Of a stretch of DNA of 64,000 nt, positions 8,529 through 17,540 are shown one piece after another. Source of the DNA: Alphaproteobacteria bacterium (GTDB lineage Bacteria; Pseudomonadota; Alphaproteobacteria; Bin95). Below the pieces are notes generated by a model. That model did not search any database. It was not told the origin of the DNA and saw only the letters and a program-made list of their open reading frames with translations. Position numbers and translations under genes: made by a program. The DNA is taken from the NCBI GenBank assembly GCA_963665325.3, contig CAXXWS020000002.1:512001-576000 (forward strand). The letters run 5' to 3'. Within the stretch, counting starts at the first letter, position 1. Each line of letters begins with the position of its first letter.

Positions 8529-9064
8529 GAACCGTCCTCCGCCGGAGGTGCGGCGCTCTCCGCCTTCGGTCCGATCCAGTCGAGCCGCACCTGCATCCGC
8601 CCGGCATCGACGGTCAGCACCGCCTGCTCCCTCGCCTGCAGGCCCACGTCGCGCAGCACGAAGATCGCGGGCTCGTCCTTTACCTCGATCTCCACCATCA
8701 CCGGCGCCGGCGGCCGCGTGCCCGCGACCACGAAATCGTAGCCGATCTCGTCGGCCAGGCGCTCCGCCAGCCGCTCCAGCGGACCCAGCCAGTCGAGCGT
8801 CACCCGCGTCTGCAGCTCCGGCGTCACCAGGCGCGGCATATCCACGGCGGGCGCCGCGCCGGCCGCGCGGTCCTCCGCGAGCCGCGTCAGCGCCTCCTGC
8901 GCGAGGATCATGGCCTCGGCCATGCGAACCTCCGCCGGGTCGCTCACCGCTGCCGCCTCATCCTTGCCGGGGCGATCCTTGGTCCAGTCCAGGTCGAGCG
9001 ACTGGCAGCCCGCAAGCGCGAGCGCGCCGAGCGCCATGCCGCCGAGCGCGGCTGCCGCGCTCAT
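8525..9064 (-). CDS. DotD/TraH lipoprotein
   Basis: Lipobox LAGC; VTLDWLGPLE..LA..IGY.F...G.RPPAPVMV; LRDVGLQA. Confidence 0.9.
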   Translation of the reverse strand: MSAAAALGGMALGALALAGCQSLDLDWTKDRPGKDEAAAVSDPAEVRMAEAMILAQEALTRLAEDRAAGAAPAVDMPRLVTPELQTRVTLDWLGPLERLAERLADEIGYDFVVAGTRPPAPVMVEIEVKDEPAIFVLRDVGLQAREQAVLTVDAGRMQVRLDWIGPKAESAAPPAEDGS

Positions 9065-10134
9065 TGCGCTGCACTCCCGATATCGCGCACCACCAGCCAG
9101 CGGTTCGGATAGGCGGTCACGCTCAGCAGCCGGCGCATCGGCGCGATCGCCAGCAGCGCATCGGCCGCCTTCAGGAACCCCTCTTCCTCCGTCTCGCCCG
9201 CAGGGAACGCCGCCGCCGCTCCGACCTCGAACTTCCGCTTCGTCTCCCAGGCCAGGCTCCAGCCGGCGCGCTCCGCCCAGGCGCGCAGCACACCCTCCAC
9301 GGTCCCGTGCCGCGCCGGGTCTACGCCCCAGCCGGCCGGTTCTGCCGGCGCCGCGGCCGCTGGCGACGCCTCGCCCTGTCCTTCCAGCGCCGCGCGAGCT
9401 TCACCGTCCACAGGCGCTGCGGGTCCTGCTTCCACTCCCCCCGGAACGCCAGACGCCAGACGCCCCGCCGGATCCATTTCCGCACGGGCCCGTTCCTCCC
9501 CGTCTTCCAGTTCACCCGCCCCGTCGACCCGGGCCGCGTCCGCCTCGGTCTCGGCAAGCGCGGCGAGCAGATCGACCGCGACGCCGGACGGGAGCCTCAG
9601 CGCCTCGCGCTGCTCGCTGTCGGCATGGCGGAAGAACACCAGCCGCCCGTCCGACCAGGTCCAGTCATAGCCCGACAGACGCGCCAGCTCGTCCAGCACC
9701 GCCGGCACGGTCCCGGTCATGACCAGGCCGAACGGCACCGGCGCACCGTGGATGACCTGCTCGCCGGCGACGCGGCCCGGCCGCTCCTCGAGCGCCGCCT
9801 CGACGCTCATCAGTTCGGCAATCCGTCCGACCAGCTCCCGGAACGCCAGCGGCTCCAGCTGCCTGACCGCGATCTCCCTGGCCGCAAGCTCTGGAGGCAG
9901 GGCGCGCGACGGCGCATCCACGCTCACCGTCGCCGGCAGGGGACGTGCAGCCCGAGCCGGGCCCGCTGCCCGCTCGTCCGCCGCATCCGCTGACGCGAGC
10001 GCCAGGACTGCGGCGGCCAGGACGAACGCCATGAGCAGCAGAAGCTCCGCACCCGTGCGGTCCGCCCGCCGCCGGCGCGCGTGGCGGCCTCCCGAAGGCA
10101 TCCAGGCCCGCATGTCCGCCACACGCCGCGTCAT
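9061..10134 (-). CDS. TcpQ-domain (PilL-like) exported protein
   Basis: Hydrophobic leader, a G.VPAVLDELARLSGYDW segment and C-terminal VLRAWAERAGWSLAW...YPNRWLVV. Start uncertain. Confidence 0.72.
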   Translation of the reverse strand: MTRRVADMRAWMPSGGRHARRRRADRTGAELLLLMAFVLAAAVLALASADAADERAAGPARAARPLPATVSVDAPSRALPPELAAREIAVRQLEPLAFRELVGRIAELMSVEAALEERPGRVAGEQVIHGAPVPFGLVMTGTVPAVLDELARLSGYDWTWSDGRLVFFRHADSEQREALRLPSGVAVDLLAALAETEADAARVDGAGELEDGEERARAEMDPAGRLASGVPGGVEAGPAAPVDGEARAALEGQGEASPAAAAPAEPAGWGVDPARHGTVEGVLRAWAERAGWSLAWETKRKFEVGAAAAFPAGETEEEGFLKAADALLAIAPMRRLLSVTAYPNRWLVVRDIGSAAQ

Positions 10135-10654
10135 CGGCCCGCTCCCGCGCAGCGCCGCAGGGCCGTCCGCGCCTCGCGGTTCTCGCCCTCGCCGATCCGG
10201 TTCCAGACCGAGTTGTGGCCGTTCGAGACCAGCGCGCCCGTCACCACCGCCGCATCGACGAAGCGCAGCACATCCGCCTTGTCGGCGATGACCGGGCTGT
10301 GAAAGCCCGCCGCCGGACCGCCGCCGCGCACGACCGGACCGAACCGCTCCACCGGCCCGTCCGGATGGCCCGCGGCCGCCTGCACCGGCTTGCCGGCAGG
10401 AACCGTCCCGAAGGACAGATAGGCCTCCGCCTGCCCCGACGCCCGCTCGCACTGCACCGCGAAGCCGATACGCGGCCCGTTGTCGTCCCCGGTGAGCGGC
10501 TCCGCCACGGCGATCGTCAGGTAATCCCCGTCATCGACCCGGATCGCGAACGACCGCGCCTCGGGCGTCTCGACACGCTGCGCATGCGCGGCCGCGGGCA
10601 ACCCGCATGACAACGCCAGAAACAGCGCGACCGGTGCCGCAACAGGCGGGCCAC
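10131..10654 (-). CDS. Hypothetical secreted protein (start uncertain or frameshifted)
   Basis: VALFLALSCGLPAAAHA signal-like segment then a globular region. Stop overlaps the next ATG. Nearest GTG (10654) is out of frame. Confidence 0.6.
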
Positions 10655-10656
10655 TT

Positions 10657-12582
10657 CTATTCTCTCGTCGCACCGAAAGCCCCCACGATCCCGTTTCGCT
10701 GGAAAACACCGCCTGCCTCGTTATGGCCGGCGCCGTAGAACCGGCCCTCGATCGAGCCGTTCATATCGCTCGCCTCGAACGCGCCCTGCGCGACAGAAAT
10801 GCCTTCCCATCGCATGTCCGAAACCACACCGCCTCCGGTGTCCGTCATTCCCGTGAGTGCGACGTCCACGTCCGGTGCCGCCAGATCGTCGATGGCGAGC
10901 TCGGCATCGCCCCCGATGCGCAGGCCGCTTGTCCCGTCGAGGCCCACCACCGATCCCTGCCATACCGCCCTGCCGATCCCTGCCGGGTTCGTCTCCGGCC
11001 AGGCCCCGAACGAAACCGCGGTCGTCCCGTCCACCAGGCCGAATACGCTGTCCTCGAACAAGGAGCCCCGGAAGCCGGACCCGTCGCCCCGCGCCAGCCG
11101 CTCCGCCAGCGCGTCCACGTCCAGGGCCCCCGACGCGCTCGAGGCGAAGCTGTCCGAACCCGCAAGCCGCTCGCCGCGCCGCCAGTCCGACGGCTCCACA
11201 TGGTCGCCCCGATGCATCCCGCGACCGGCCGTCCGCGCCTCGTCTTCCTCATCGACATAGTCGTCGGCATATTGCCGGTAGGCGAGCGCCCAGCCGTTCG
11301 CGACCAGCCACGCATTCACGTCGATCCCGCCCGAGGAGCACTGGCCGATCGTGCGCCCGAAGCCGTCCGTCCCGCTGCCCGTGCAGCTCAACCCCGCAGC
11401 ATGAGACCGCAGCGCCTCCGTCGCCGCCGCGCCGCAACCCCATGACCGGCCCCAGGCCCGGCAGGTCTGCCGGCTCTCAGGCGCATCGATGCCGAACAGC
11501 CGGTAGCGCACGCCGTCGATATCGACCGTGTCGCCGTCTATCACCCGGACCTCCCTGGCCGGCGCTACCGTCCCCGACCCGGGCGGGTTCGACCCGGAAC
11601 CGGATACGGCGCCGAAGGCCCCCAGGATCCCGTTCTGCTCGAAGACGCCGGCGACTTCGTCCCTGTCGGGTCCGAAGAAGCCGCCCCTTATCCGGTTGCC
11701 GGCAACGCCCGCGTCGAAGGCCATTCTCGCCGTCACGTCGACCTCGGGCTCCTCGCCGGGCTCCAGCTCGCCCTCCTCCTCGACCGTCGTCTCCGTCACG
11801 TCGTGCAGGCTGACCGGCACATCCACGAAGCTCGCATCGGCAAACGACGCGCCGGTCGACACGCTCACAATGTCGGTGAAGGCCGCATCGATCCGACCGA
11901 CGACATCGCCGTCTTCGGCATCGTCGCCGAGCGCCTCGACCGACCGGTAGGTGAGCGCCGCATCGCCATGCAGACGCCCTTCCGAAAACCCGCCGGTATC
12001 CGTCACCCCGACCATCCGGCCCCGCCAGACCGCGTTCACGTCCCGGCCCTCGGCGACCTCCGTCAGCCCCCCGAGCGCCAGCCCGTAGCGAAACTCGCGA
12101 AGCTCCGCATCCATGCCCGCGCGCTCCAGCAATACGCCGAAGCCGGCATGGCGCATCCAGCCGCCCCAGCTCTGCGCATCGAGGTCCGGCGCCCAAACCA
12201 CGTCGATACCGCCAATCCGCTCGACAACGCCGGCGCTGGCGAGCGGTCCGGCATTGCCGATGCCGATCCCGCCGCCGCCCGACCCCGAGCAGCTCAGCCC
12301 CGAACATGCGGTGTCATGGACCGCGCTCTCGCCGTACCCGCGTTCCTCATGCACGCTCGTTGCGAACAGCGCATCCGCGCCTCCCAGAACCGAAGCCGCC
12401 CGCACCGAAGCGGCCCTTTCCCCATCCTCCGGCAAAGGCGTCGGTCTCTCTCCCGGCTCCGGACCCGCCGGCGCGATCCGGGCCGCTGGCCGCGACGGTC
12501 CCCCGTCGCCGCCGCAGGCCGACAGAACCGCGCCGCATGCCAGCAAGGCCGCGGCCAGACGCCCGTATCCCGATCCGCGCAT
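10657..12582 (-). CDS. Lipoprotein with two TbpB-like beta-barrels flanking a thermonuclease (SNase) domain
   Basis: Lipobox LSAC. Barrels end GGFFGPDRDEVAGVF..GAFGA and GRFYGAGHNEAGGVF..GAFGA. SNase motifs VIDGDT, RLFGIDAPE, DGFGR, VNAWLVANGWA, ARTAGRGM at about 11200-11550. Confidence 0.85.
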   Translation of the reverse strand: MRGSGYGRLAAALLACGAVLSACGGDGGPSRPAARIAPAGPEPGERPTPLPEDGERAASVRAASVLGGADALFATSVHEERGYGESAVHDTACSGLSCSGSGGGGIGIGNAGPLASAGVVERIGGIDVVWAPDLDAQSWGGWMRHAGFGVLLERAGMDAELREFRYGLALGGLTEVAEGRDVNAVWRGRMVGVTDTGGFSEGRLHGDAALTYRSVEALGDDAEDGDVVGRIDAAFTDIVSVSTGASFADASFVDVPVSLHDVTETTVEEEGELEPGEEPEVDVTARMAFDAGVAGNRIRGGFFGPDRDEVAGVFEQNGILGAFGAVSGSGSNPPGSGTVAPAREVRVIDGDTVDIDGVRYRLFGIDAPESRQTCRAWGRSWGCGAAATEALRSHAAGLSCTGSGTDGFGRTIGQCSSGGIDVNAWLVANGWALAYRQYADDYVDEEDEARTAGRGMHRGDHVEPSDWRRGERLAGSDSFASSASGALDVDALAERLARGDGSGFRGSLFEDSVFGLVDGTTAVSFGAWPETNPAGIGRAVWQGSVVGLDGTSGLRIGGDAELAIDDLAAPDVDVALTGMTDTGGGVVSDMRWEGISVAQGAFEASDMNGSIEGRFYGAGHNEAGGVFQRNGIVGAFGATRE

Positions 12583-12585
12583 CGC

Positions 12586-13626
12586 CTACTCCGCCTCCTG
12601 CCGTCGCGCGCCGAAGGACCCGACAATGCCGAGCTGCTCCATCACCCCCACGCTCTCCGGATGACCCGGCCCGTAGAAGCCGCCGGCGATACGGTTCCCG
12701 CGGACGCCCGCGTCGAACGTCCCGTCCAGACGAACCGGCACATTGTCGAACCTGACCCGGGGCACGCTGTGCGGGCGCCGGTTTGCCAGGTCGTAAATGC
12801 CGGAGAACACCGCATCCAGCGAAGCGTCGCCGGCGTCATATGTGAGCACCGCGTCGCCCTGCAGCGGCAGGTAGCCGTTGGCCGAACTGCCACTCAGCAC
12901 GCCCCGCCAGACCAGATCGAAATCGCGGACCGGAACCGGGCGTGTCCCGGCGAGATCGCCGCCCGCCAGCCCGTAGCGCCACTGCGTCTCCCAGCCGTCA
13001 TCGACCGTCAGCGCATGGCTGAATACGAACCCGCTATGGTCCATCCAGGCGCCGAGGCTTCGCATGTCGGGCGTGTCCGGCGCCGCCTTGCGCACGTCCG
13101 CCTGCGCTTCCAGGAGCGTGATCCCGTGCCGGCGCCCCCAGGCGCTGGAAGCCCGCGTCACCCAGTCCAGGTCCCGCAGCGCGAACCCGTCCGGCACGCC
13201 GCCAGCCGACGCCCCGCCCGCATCGCCTGCTGCCGCCAGCCTGCAGGATGCGCCCTCGCACTCGGCGTCGAACAGGAAGTCCTGCCGTTCGAGCTCCGGT
13301 TCCGGGTCGAACCCGCCCCGGTCGGGCAGCACCGCCACCTCCGGCGGCAGCTCGCGGCGCTGTCCGTGGACGCGCGTCGCCAGCAGAGAGTCGGTCCGGA
13401 ACAGGATTTCGGCCATCCGCGCCGCCACCTCGCCGCCTGTCTCCGAAGGCGCGCCGGTATTGGGCGCCGGGCCGGGAGGAGAAGGAAGACGGGGCTCGTC
13501 GCCGGCGCCGCATGCCGACAAGGCGAGTATGGGTGCGGCCGCCATGACGAATGCCTTCGCCAGCATCCGCCGGCGAGAGACTCGCTTCGTTGTCCTGCGT
13601 CGAATGCCTTGGGCCCTCATTCGCAA
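12586..13626 (-). CDS. TbpB-like beta-barrel surface lipoprotein
   Basis: Lipobox LSAC; LGAWMDHSGF, VWRG, GDAVLTYD, GGFYGPGHPESVGV..GSFGA. Paralog of the downstream N-lobe. Start may be a later ATG. Confidence 0.8.
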   Translation of the reverse strand: MRMRAQGIRRRTTKRVSRRRMLAKAFVMAAAPILALSACGAGDEPRLPSPPGPAPNTGAPSETGGEVAARMAEILFRTDSLLATRVHGQRRELPPEVAVLPDRGGFDPEPELERQDFLFDAECEGASCRLAAAGDAGGASAGGVPDGFALRDLDWVTRASSAWGRRHGITLLEAQADVRKAAPDTPDMRSLGAWMDHSGFVFSHALTVDDGWETQWRYGLAGGDLAGTRPVPVRDFDLVWRGVLSGSSANGYLPLQGDAVLTYDAGDASLDAVFSGIYDLANRRPHSVPRVRFDNVPVRLDGTFDAGVRGNRIAGGFYGPGHPESVGVMEQLGIVGSFGARRQEAE

Positions 13627-14255
13627 GCCTCCCCACCGAGAAGCCGCCGCCAGCGCGTCCGCTCCCGCCTGCTCGCCTCACGCCAGTGCCTCCGGCTCCA
13701 CCCGATCGACAGCACCCGCCACGGGCTCACCCCATGCCTGGCGCCCAAAGCACCCAGCCACAGCCAGTCCGTCAGACCCGACAGCAGCCCTGCCGCAATG
13801 CCGCAGCCTCCCAGCACCGCGATCCACAACTCCGCATTCGCCCTGGCCTGCTTGCAGGCCTCCGCGAACGCCTCGATCACCTGCGCCTTGTCCATTTCCG
13901 GATCCGCCAGGCCTTCGATGAGGACGTCCGTCATCGCGAGCTTCAGCCCCGCAAGGATCAGACAACCCACAAACAACGTTGCGCAGACCGCTGCGAACCT
14001 GATCTCCCACGCCGCGACCCAACCCAGGGCCCGGCGCAAACGGCTGCCCGGCCCGCCCCGGTTTCGGCCCGTCCCGTCGGCCCTGAGCGCCGCCCAGGCG
14101 AGAGCCCCGCCGGCGCCCCAGGCCAGCAGCAGCCAATGCGGCCCGACGGCCAGCCACGCAACGACCGACACCATCGCCATCGACATCACGCCCAGCGCGG
14201 AGGCTCGCAACACCGCGCGCCTTTCCCAGGGTTTGAAGCCGATCCGCCCGCTCAT
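13617..14255 (-). CDS. Hypothetical membrane protein (paralog family A)
   Basis: About 4 TM; C-terminus GLTDWLWLG..RHGVSPW..RRERTRW..GE. Confidence 0.7.
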   Translation of the reverse strand: MSGRIGFKPWERRAVLRASALGVMSMAMVSVVAWLAVGPHWLLLAWGAGGALAWAALRADGTGRNRGGPGSRLRRALGWVAAWEIRFAAVCATLFVGCLILAGLKLAMTDVLIEGLADPEMDKAQVIEAFAEACKQARANAELWIAVLGGCGIAAGLLSGLTDWLWLGALGARHGVSPWRVLSIGWSRRHWREASRRERTRWRRLLGGEACE

Positions 14256-14836
14256 CGCCCCGGCTCCCGGAGCTGCCGCGCCGTCTCCACGGCCATGAAG
14301 CCCGACAGGAGGCAAATCAGGGCGGCCGTCGCGAGGAAAGCCAGCACCGTGACTCCGTATTCCAGTACGGGCCCCGCTCTACCGAACCGGACCAACGTGC
14401 CCATCGCGACCGACAGCGAGGCCAACATCATGCCGTTGCTGCAGGCGCCCCCGGCCATGGCCCCGCCGGCGAGCGCCAGAATGCATCGGCGCCAAAGGCG
14501 CAACCGGCCGCCCGCCTCCCTCAATCTCCAGACCGTAACCCCGCCGCCCGTGCAGAAGCAGCCCAGCGGGCCGGCGATCACAAAGGCCTTCACGACGATG
14601 AGGCCTTCCAGCGACACCGGCTGGCTCCATAGCGGCAGAACCCACAGGAGAAGCCCCAGACAGAACCCTACCCCCACCGCCGCCAGGCCATAGCCGGTCC
14701 CGAACCACCACAGGCGCCGCGCCGGCCCTGGAGGCGGCCCGCAAAGCATCTGCTTCGCGCGGTCCCGCATGCCGGCAGGCCCGCAGTCCGACGCACCGGC
14801 GCCTTCATGCTTCATCGCTTCTGTCGAGCCGGTCAT
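14252..14836 (-). CDS. Hypothetical 4-TM membrane protein
   Basis: Four hydrophobic segments; GAGGGG RBS; stop overlaps the next ATG. Confidence 0.65.
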   Translation of the reverse strand: MTGSTEAMKHEGAGASDCGPAGMRDRAKQMLCGPPPGPARRLWWFGTGYGLAAVGVGFCLGLLLWVLPLWSQPVSLEGLIVVKAFVIAGPLGCFCTGGGVTVWRLREAGGRLRLWRRCILALAGGAMAGGACSNGMMLASLSVAMGTLVRFGRAGPVLEYGVTVLAFLATAALICLLSGFMAVETARQLREPGR

Positions 14837-14849
14837 CGCCTTCACCCCC

Positions 14850-15458
14850 TCACACGAACCCGAGACCGGCGCGGTCGAGAGCCGTCACCGCGAGGACCAG
14901 GCCCGCGCCCACGGCCATGCCGGGCCCGAGCGGCACATGGCCCCGGAGCCAGGACCGGCCCCGCCGGCGCTGGACAAGCGCATGGCGGGCAAGAGCGCAG
15001 ACCGAGCCGAGGGCAAGCACCCAGAGAAGGCCGAAGGGCCCGAGCAGCCAGCCCAGCGCCGCGAACAGCAGCACGTCGCCCGGCTGGAACGGCCAGCGCC
15101 GGCCGAAGGCCTCCGCAGCGACGAGAGGCACGGCCCCGATCAGGAACCCGATGCCCGCGCCCGCCATCGCCCGCAACAGGCCGTCGGCCGCATCGGGACC
15201 GACCGTCTGCATCTGCCGGAGCACGCCGGCGCCCACGAGCAGAAGCAGCCACCAGGGATCGATCCGGAGCCGCTGCCCGTCGATGCTGCCGATCCGCCAG
15301 AGCGCGCCGCAGGCCCAGGCGAGCACGACCACAGAGAGCGCCTCCGTCCGGGGCGCGCCGGCCAGCATCGCCATGCCGCCGAACAGGAATACGACGCCTG
15401 CGAAAACCGCCGCGGCATCGCGGGAGGTCGCCTGCTTCTTTCCCGACCCTGTCGTCAT
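14850..15458 (-). CDS. A24 prepilin peptidase (PilU-like, no methylase domain)
   Basis: Polytopic with two catalytic Asp motifs (SIDGQRLRI; QPGDVLLFAALG) and C-terminal VPLGP. Confidence 0.82.
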   Translation of the reverse strand: MTTGSGKKQATSRDAAAVFAGVVFLFGGMAMLAGAPRTEALSVVVLAWACGALWRIGSIDGQRLRIDPWWLLLLVGAGVLRQMQTVGPDAADGLLRAMAGAGIGFLIGAVPLVAAEAFGRRWPFQPGDVLLFAALGWLLGPFGLLWVLALGSVCALARHALVQRRRGRSWLRGHVPLGPGMAVGAGLVLAVTALDRAGLGFV

Positions 15459-16075
15459 TCCGCTGCCCCGCTTTCGCCCCGCAGCCAGCGCCGGCATCGC
15501 TCGCGCTCCTTCCGGCGCCAGCCCGACCAGGCCCGTCCTCCCGGCAGCACCTGCCAGGGACGCTTGCCGGTCCCTGCCGACACCCGCCCGACCCAGACGC
15601 CGTCGATCAGCCCGGACAGCGCCGCCGTGCCGACCGCCAGCCCCATCGGGACCAGGAAAAGCGGCGCGTCGAAGCTGAAACCCGCCTTGACGGCCGCCGT
15701 CCAGGCGTTGCCGAATTCGGCAACGCTCACTGCCTCGTCCCCGAAGCGCTCGATCGTCTCCGCGAACGACTTGGCCACGCTCACGGCAAGGCCCCAACCC
15801 GTCCACGCCACGACGACCGTCATGAGCGGCCGCACGTCCAGCCCCGCGACCAGATCGACGAGAAACCCCGGGCCCCGATCCGCCCCGCCCCGGAGCAACC
15901 GCAAGCCGGCATACAGGCCCGCCCCGGCGCCGAGTGCGTATGCGAGGAACAGCCAATGCATCCCGATCGCCGGGCCGCACACCGCAACCGCAATGGCAAG
16001 GAACACCAGGCTCCGTCCAAGCGACCGGTCGAGCCGCCGCCGGCCCCAGGCGCTCGAATGCCGTTCGCCCGTCAC
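15455..16075 (-). CDS. Hypothetical membrane protein (paralog family A)
   Basis: About 4 TM; C-terminus GLIDGVWVG..GKRPW..RRKERER..GE; coupled on both sides. Confidence 0.7.
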   Translation of the reverse strand: MTGERHSSAWGRRRLDRSLGRSLVFLAIAVAVCGPAIGMHWLFLAYALGAGAGLYAGLRLLRGGADRGPGFLVDLVAGLDVRPLMTVVVAWTGWGLAVSVAKSFAETIERFGDEAVSVAEFGNAWTAAVKAGFSFDAPLFLVPMGLAVGTAALSGLIDGVWVGRVSAGTGKRPWQVLPGGRAWSGWRRKERERCRRWLRGESGAAE

Positions 16076-16470
16076 GACCCGTCCTCCCACACGCCGAACG
16101 TCGCCGGCAGGAGGCGGCACCAGCGCTCCAGCTCCTCTTCGCCGCAGATCTCCGGGCGCAGCGTCCTGACGGCCGAGCCGACCTCCGCCCGCTCCCGGTT
16201 CCACGCCCCGAGCTCCTTCTGCACCGCCAGAAGCCGGCGCATCCCGGCAACCTCGCGCGCCAGCGCCTCGCGGACCTTCAGGCCCTCGAGGCGCGTCGCC
16301 GCCCAGCCGTCCGGAGCCGCCGGCGTGTCCTGCTTCGGGGCGCTGTTCTGCGCGGGAGCCGTGTTCTCTGCCGGGACCGCGTCCTGCGCCGGGGCCGCAG
16401 ACGGCAACGCCATCGCGCCCGCCAGCGACAGCAGCGTTGCCAGACCCGAAATGCGCGCCGCCCTCAGCAT
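16072..16470 (-). CDS. Hypothetical secreted protein
   Basis: Signal peptide (APA-Q), Pro/Ala linker, helical region and two Cys. Confidence 0.65.
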   Translation of the reverse strand: MLRAARISGLATLLSLAGAMALPSAAPAQDAVPAENTAPAQNSAPKQDTPAAPDGWAATRLEGLKVREALAREVAGMRRLLAVQKELGAWNRERAEVGSAVRTLRPEICGEEELERWCRLLPATFGVWEDGS

Positions 16471-17540
16471 CCCTGGCAGCTCCCGACCGAGAGGGTCCCG
16501 AACGAGCCCGTGCCGGTCACCGATACAGACCCGGTGACGTCGGCGCCCGAGGCCGTGAGGTTGGCCTCGGCCTCGATATTCTCGGCCTCCACGTCGCCGG
16601 CGATATCGGCGCTCGCCGCCTCCAGCGCGCCCCTCGCCTCCACCTCGTCGGCATTGACCACGCCCGTGAACGCCGCATCGCCCCGGAACACCAGCCCGTC
16701 CGGCACCGTGAAACTCCCCATGACCTCGACCGATCCCGCCGTCGTCGCCGTGCCCACCGTCAGCGCCCGGTCGATCCGGAACTCGCCCGCCCGCATGACG
16801 CGGTCCACCTGCAGCTCCTCGGCCGTCAGCACCCGCACGCCCACCAGGTCGTTGTTGTTCATGTCGAGATCGGTCTCCATGCGCGCGGAGTCCGGACAGC
16901 CGGCGCGTACCCGCCGGAACACCGCGTCCCCGCACACGCTCTCCCGGTCGAGCTGCCGGTAGACGGCAAGCGCGCGGGCGCGCGGATGGCCGCCGGCCGC
17001 CGCCCGGAACGCGCCCAGGTCCTCCTGCACGGTCGGCCCGAGCAGCCGGCCCGCCGCGTCCACCACGCCGAGCGCCTGTGCGCCGCGCGCCTCGAAGACC
17101 GCATTCGCCGGAAAGCGCGTGTCGTTCGCATCCGCCAGCTGCATCGACAAGAGCCGGACATTGCCCCCGCCGAGCGAGACCGCCCAGGCCTGGAGCGGGC
17201 GCTTCATCGCGTCGCCCGCCTCGTCGAAGCCCTGCGGCAGCAGCCTGTCGGTCCTCAGCGCGCCGATATCGATCCGCCGCGCCGTCCCGGCCGCGAGCGC
17301 GGCATAGGTCCCGTATTCCGAGCGCACATGGCTCTCGACCGCCTGCGCCAGCACCACCAGCTTCCGCGCCGAGCCGACCGCGTTCGAGGCCGCGATGCGG
17401 CCCTGCAGCCAGATCGCGAAACCGAGCGCGATCACCACCAGCACGATCACCGCCACCAGCGCGCCCACAGGCGTCATGCCCCGCCAGCGCCCGATCCTGA
17501 GGCGCCGCGCGAACCCTGGTCTGCGCATGGGACCCCTCAT
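16464..17540 (-). CDS. PilV-like minor pilin/tip adhesin (paralog 2)
   Basis: Basic leader, RG|MTPVG hydrophobic helix, PilV N-domain motifs LLPQGF and RMETDLDMNNNDL; ends in CQGC. Confidence 0.8.
   Translation of the reverse strand: MRGPMRRPGFARRLRIGRWRGMTPVGALVAVIVLVVIALGFAIWLQGRIAASNAVGSARKLVVLAQAVESHVRSEYGTYAALAAGTARRIDIGALRTDRLLPQGFDEAGDAMKRPLQAWAVSLGGGNVRLLSMQLADANDTRFPANAVFEARGAQALGVVDAAGRLLGPTVQEDLGAFRAAAGGHPRARALAVYRQLDRESVCGDAVFRRVRAGCPDSARMETDLDMNNNDLVGVRVLTAEELQVDRVMRAGEFRIDRALTVGTATTAGSVEVMGSFTVPDGLVFRGDAAFTGVVNADEVEARGALEAASADIAGDVEAENIEAEANLTASGADVTGSVSVTGTGSFGTLSVGSCQGC

Noticed and set aside
16000-16470. Shufflon downstream of the pilV-like genes
   Set aside because: No sfx-like repeats, inverted partial ORFs or recombinase seen.
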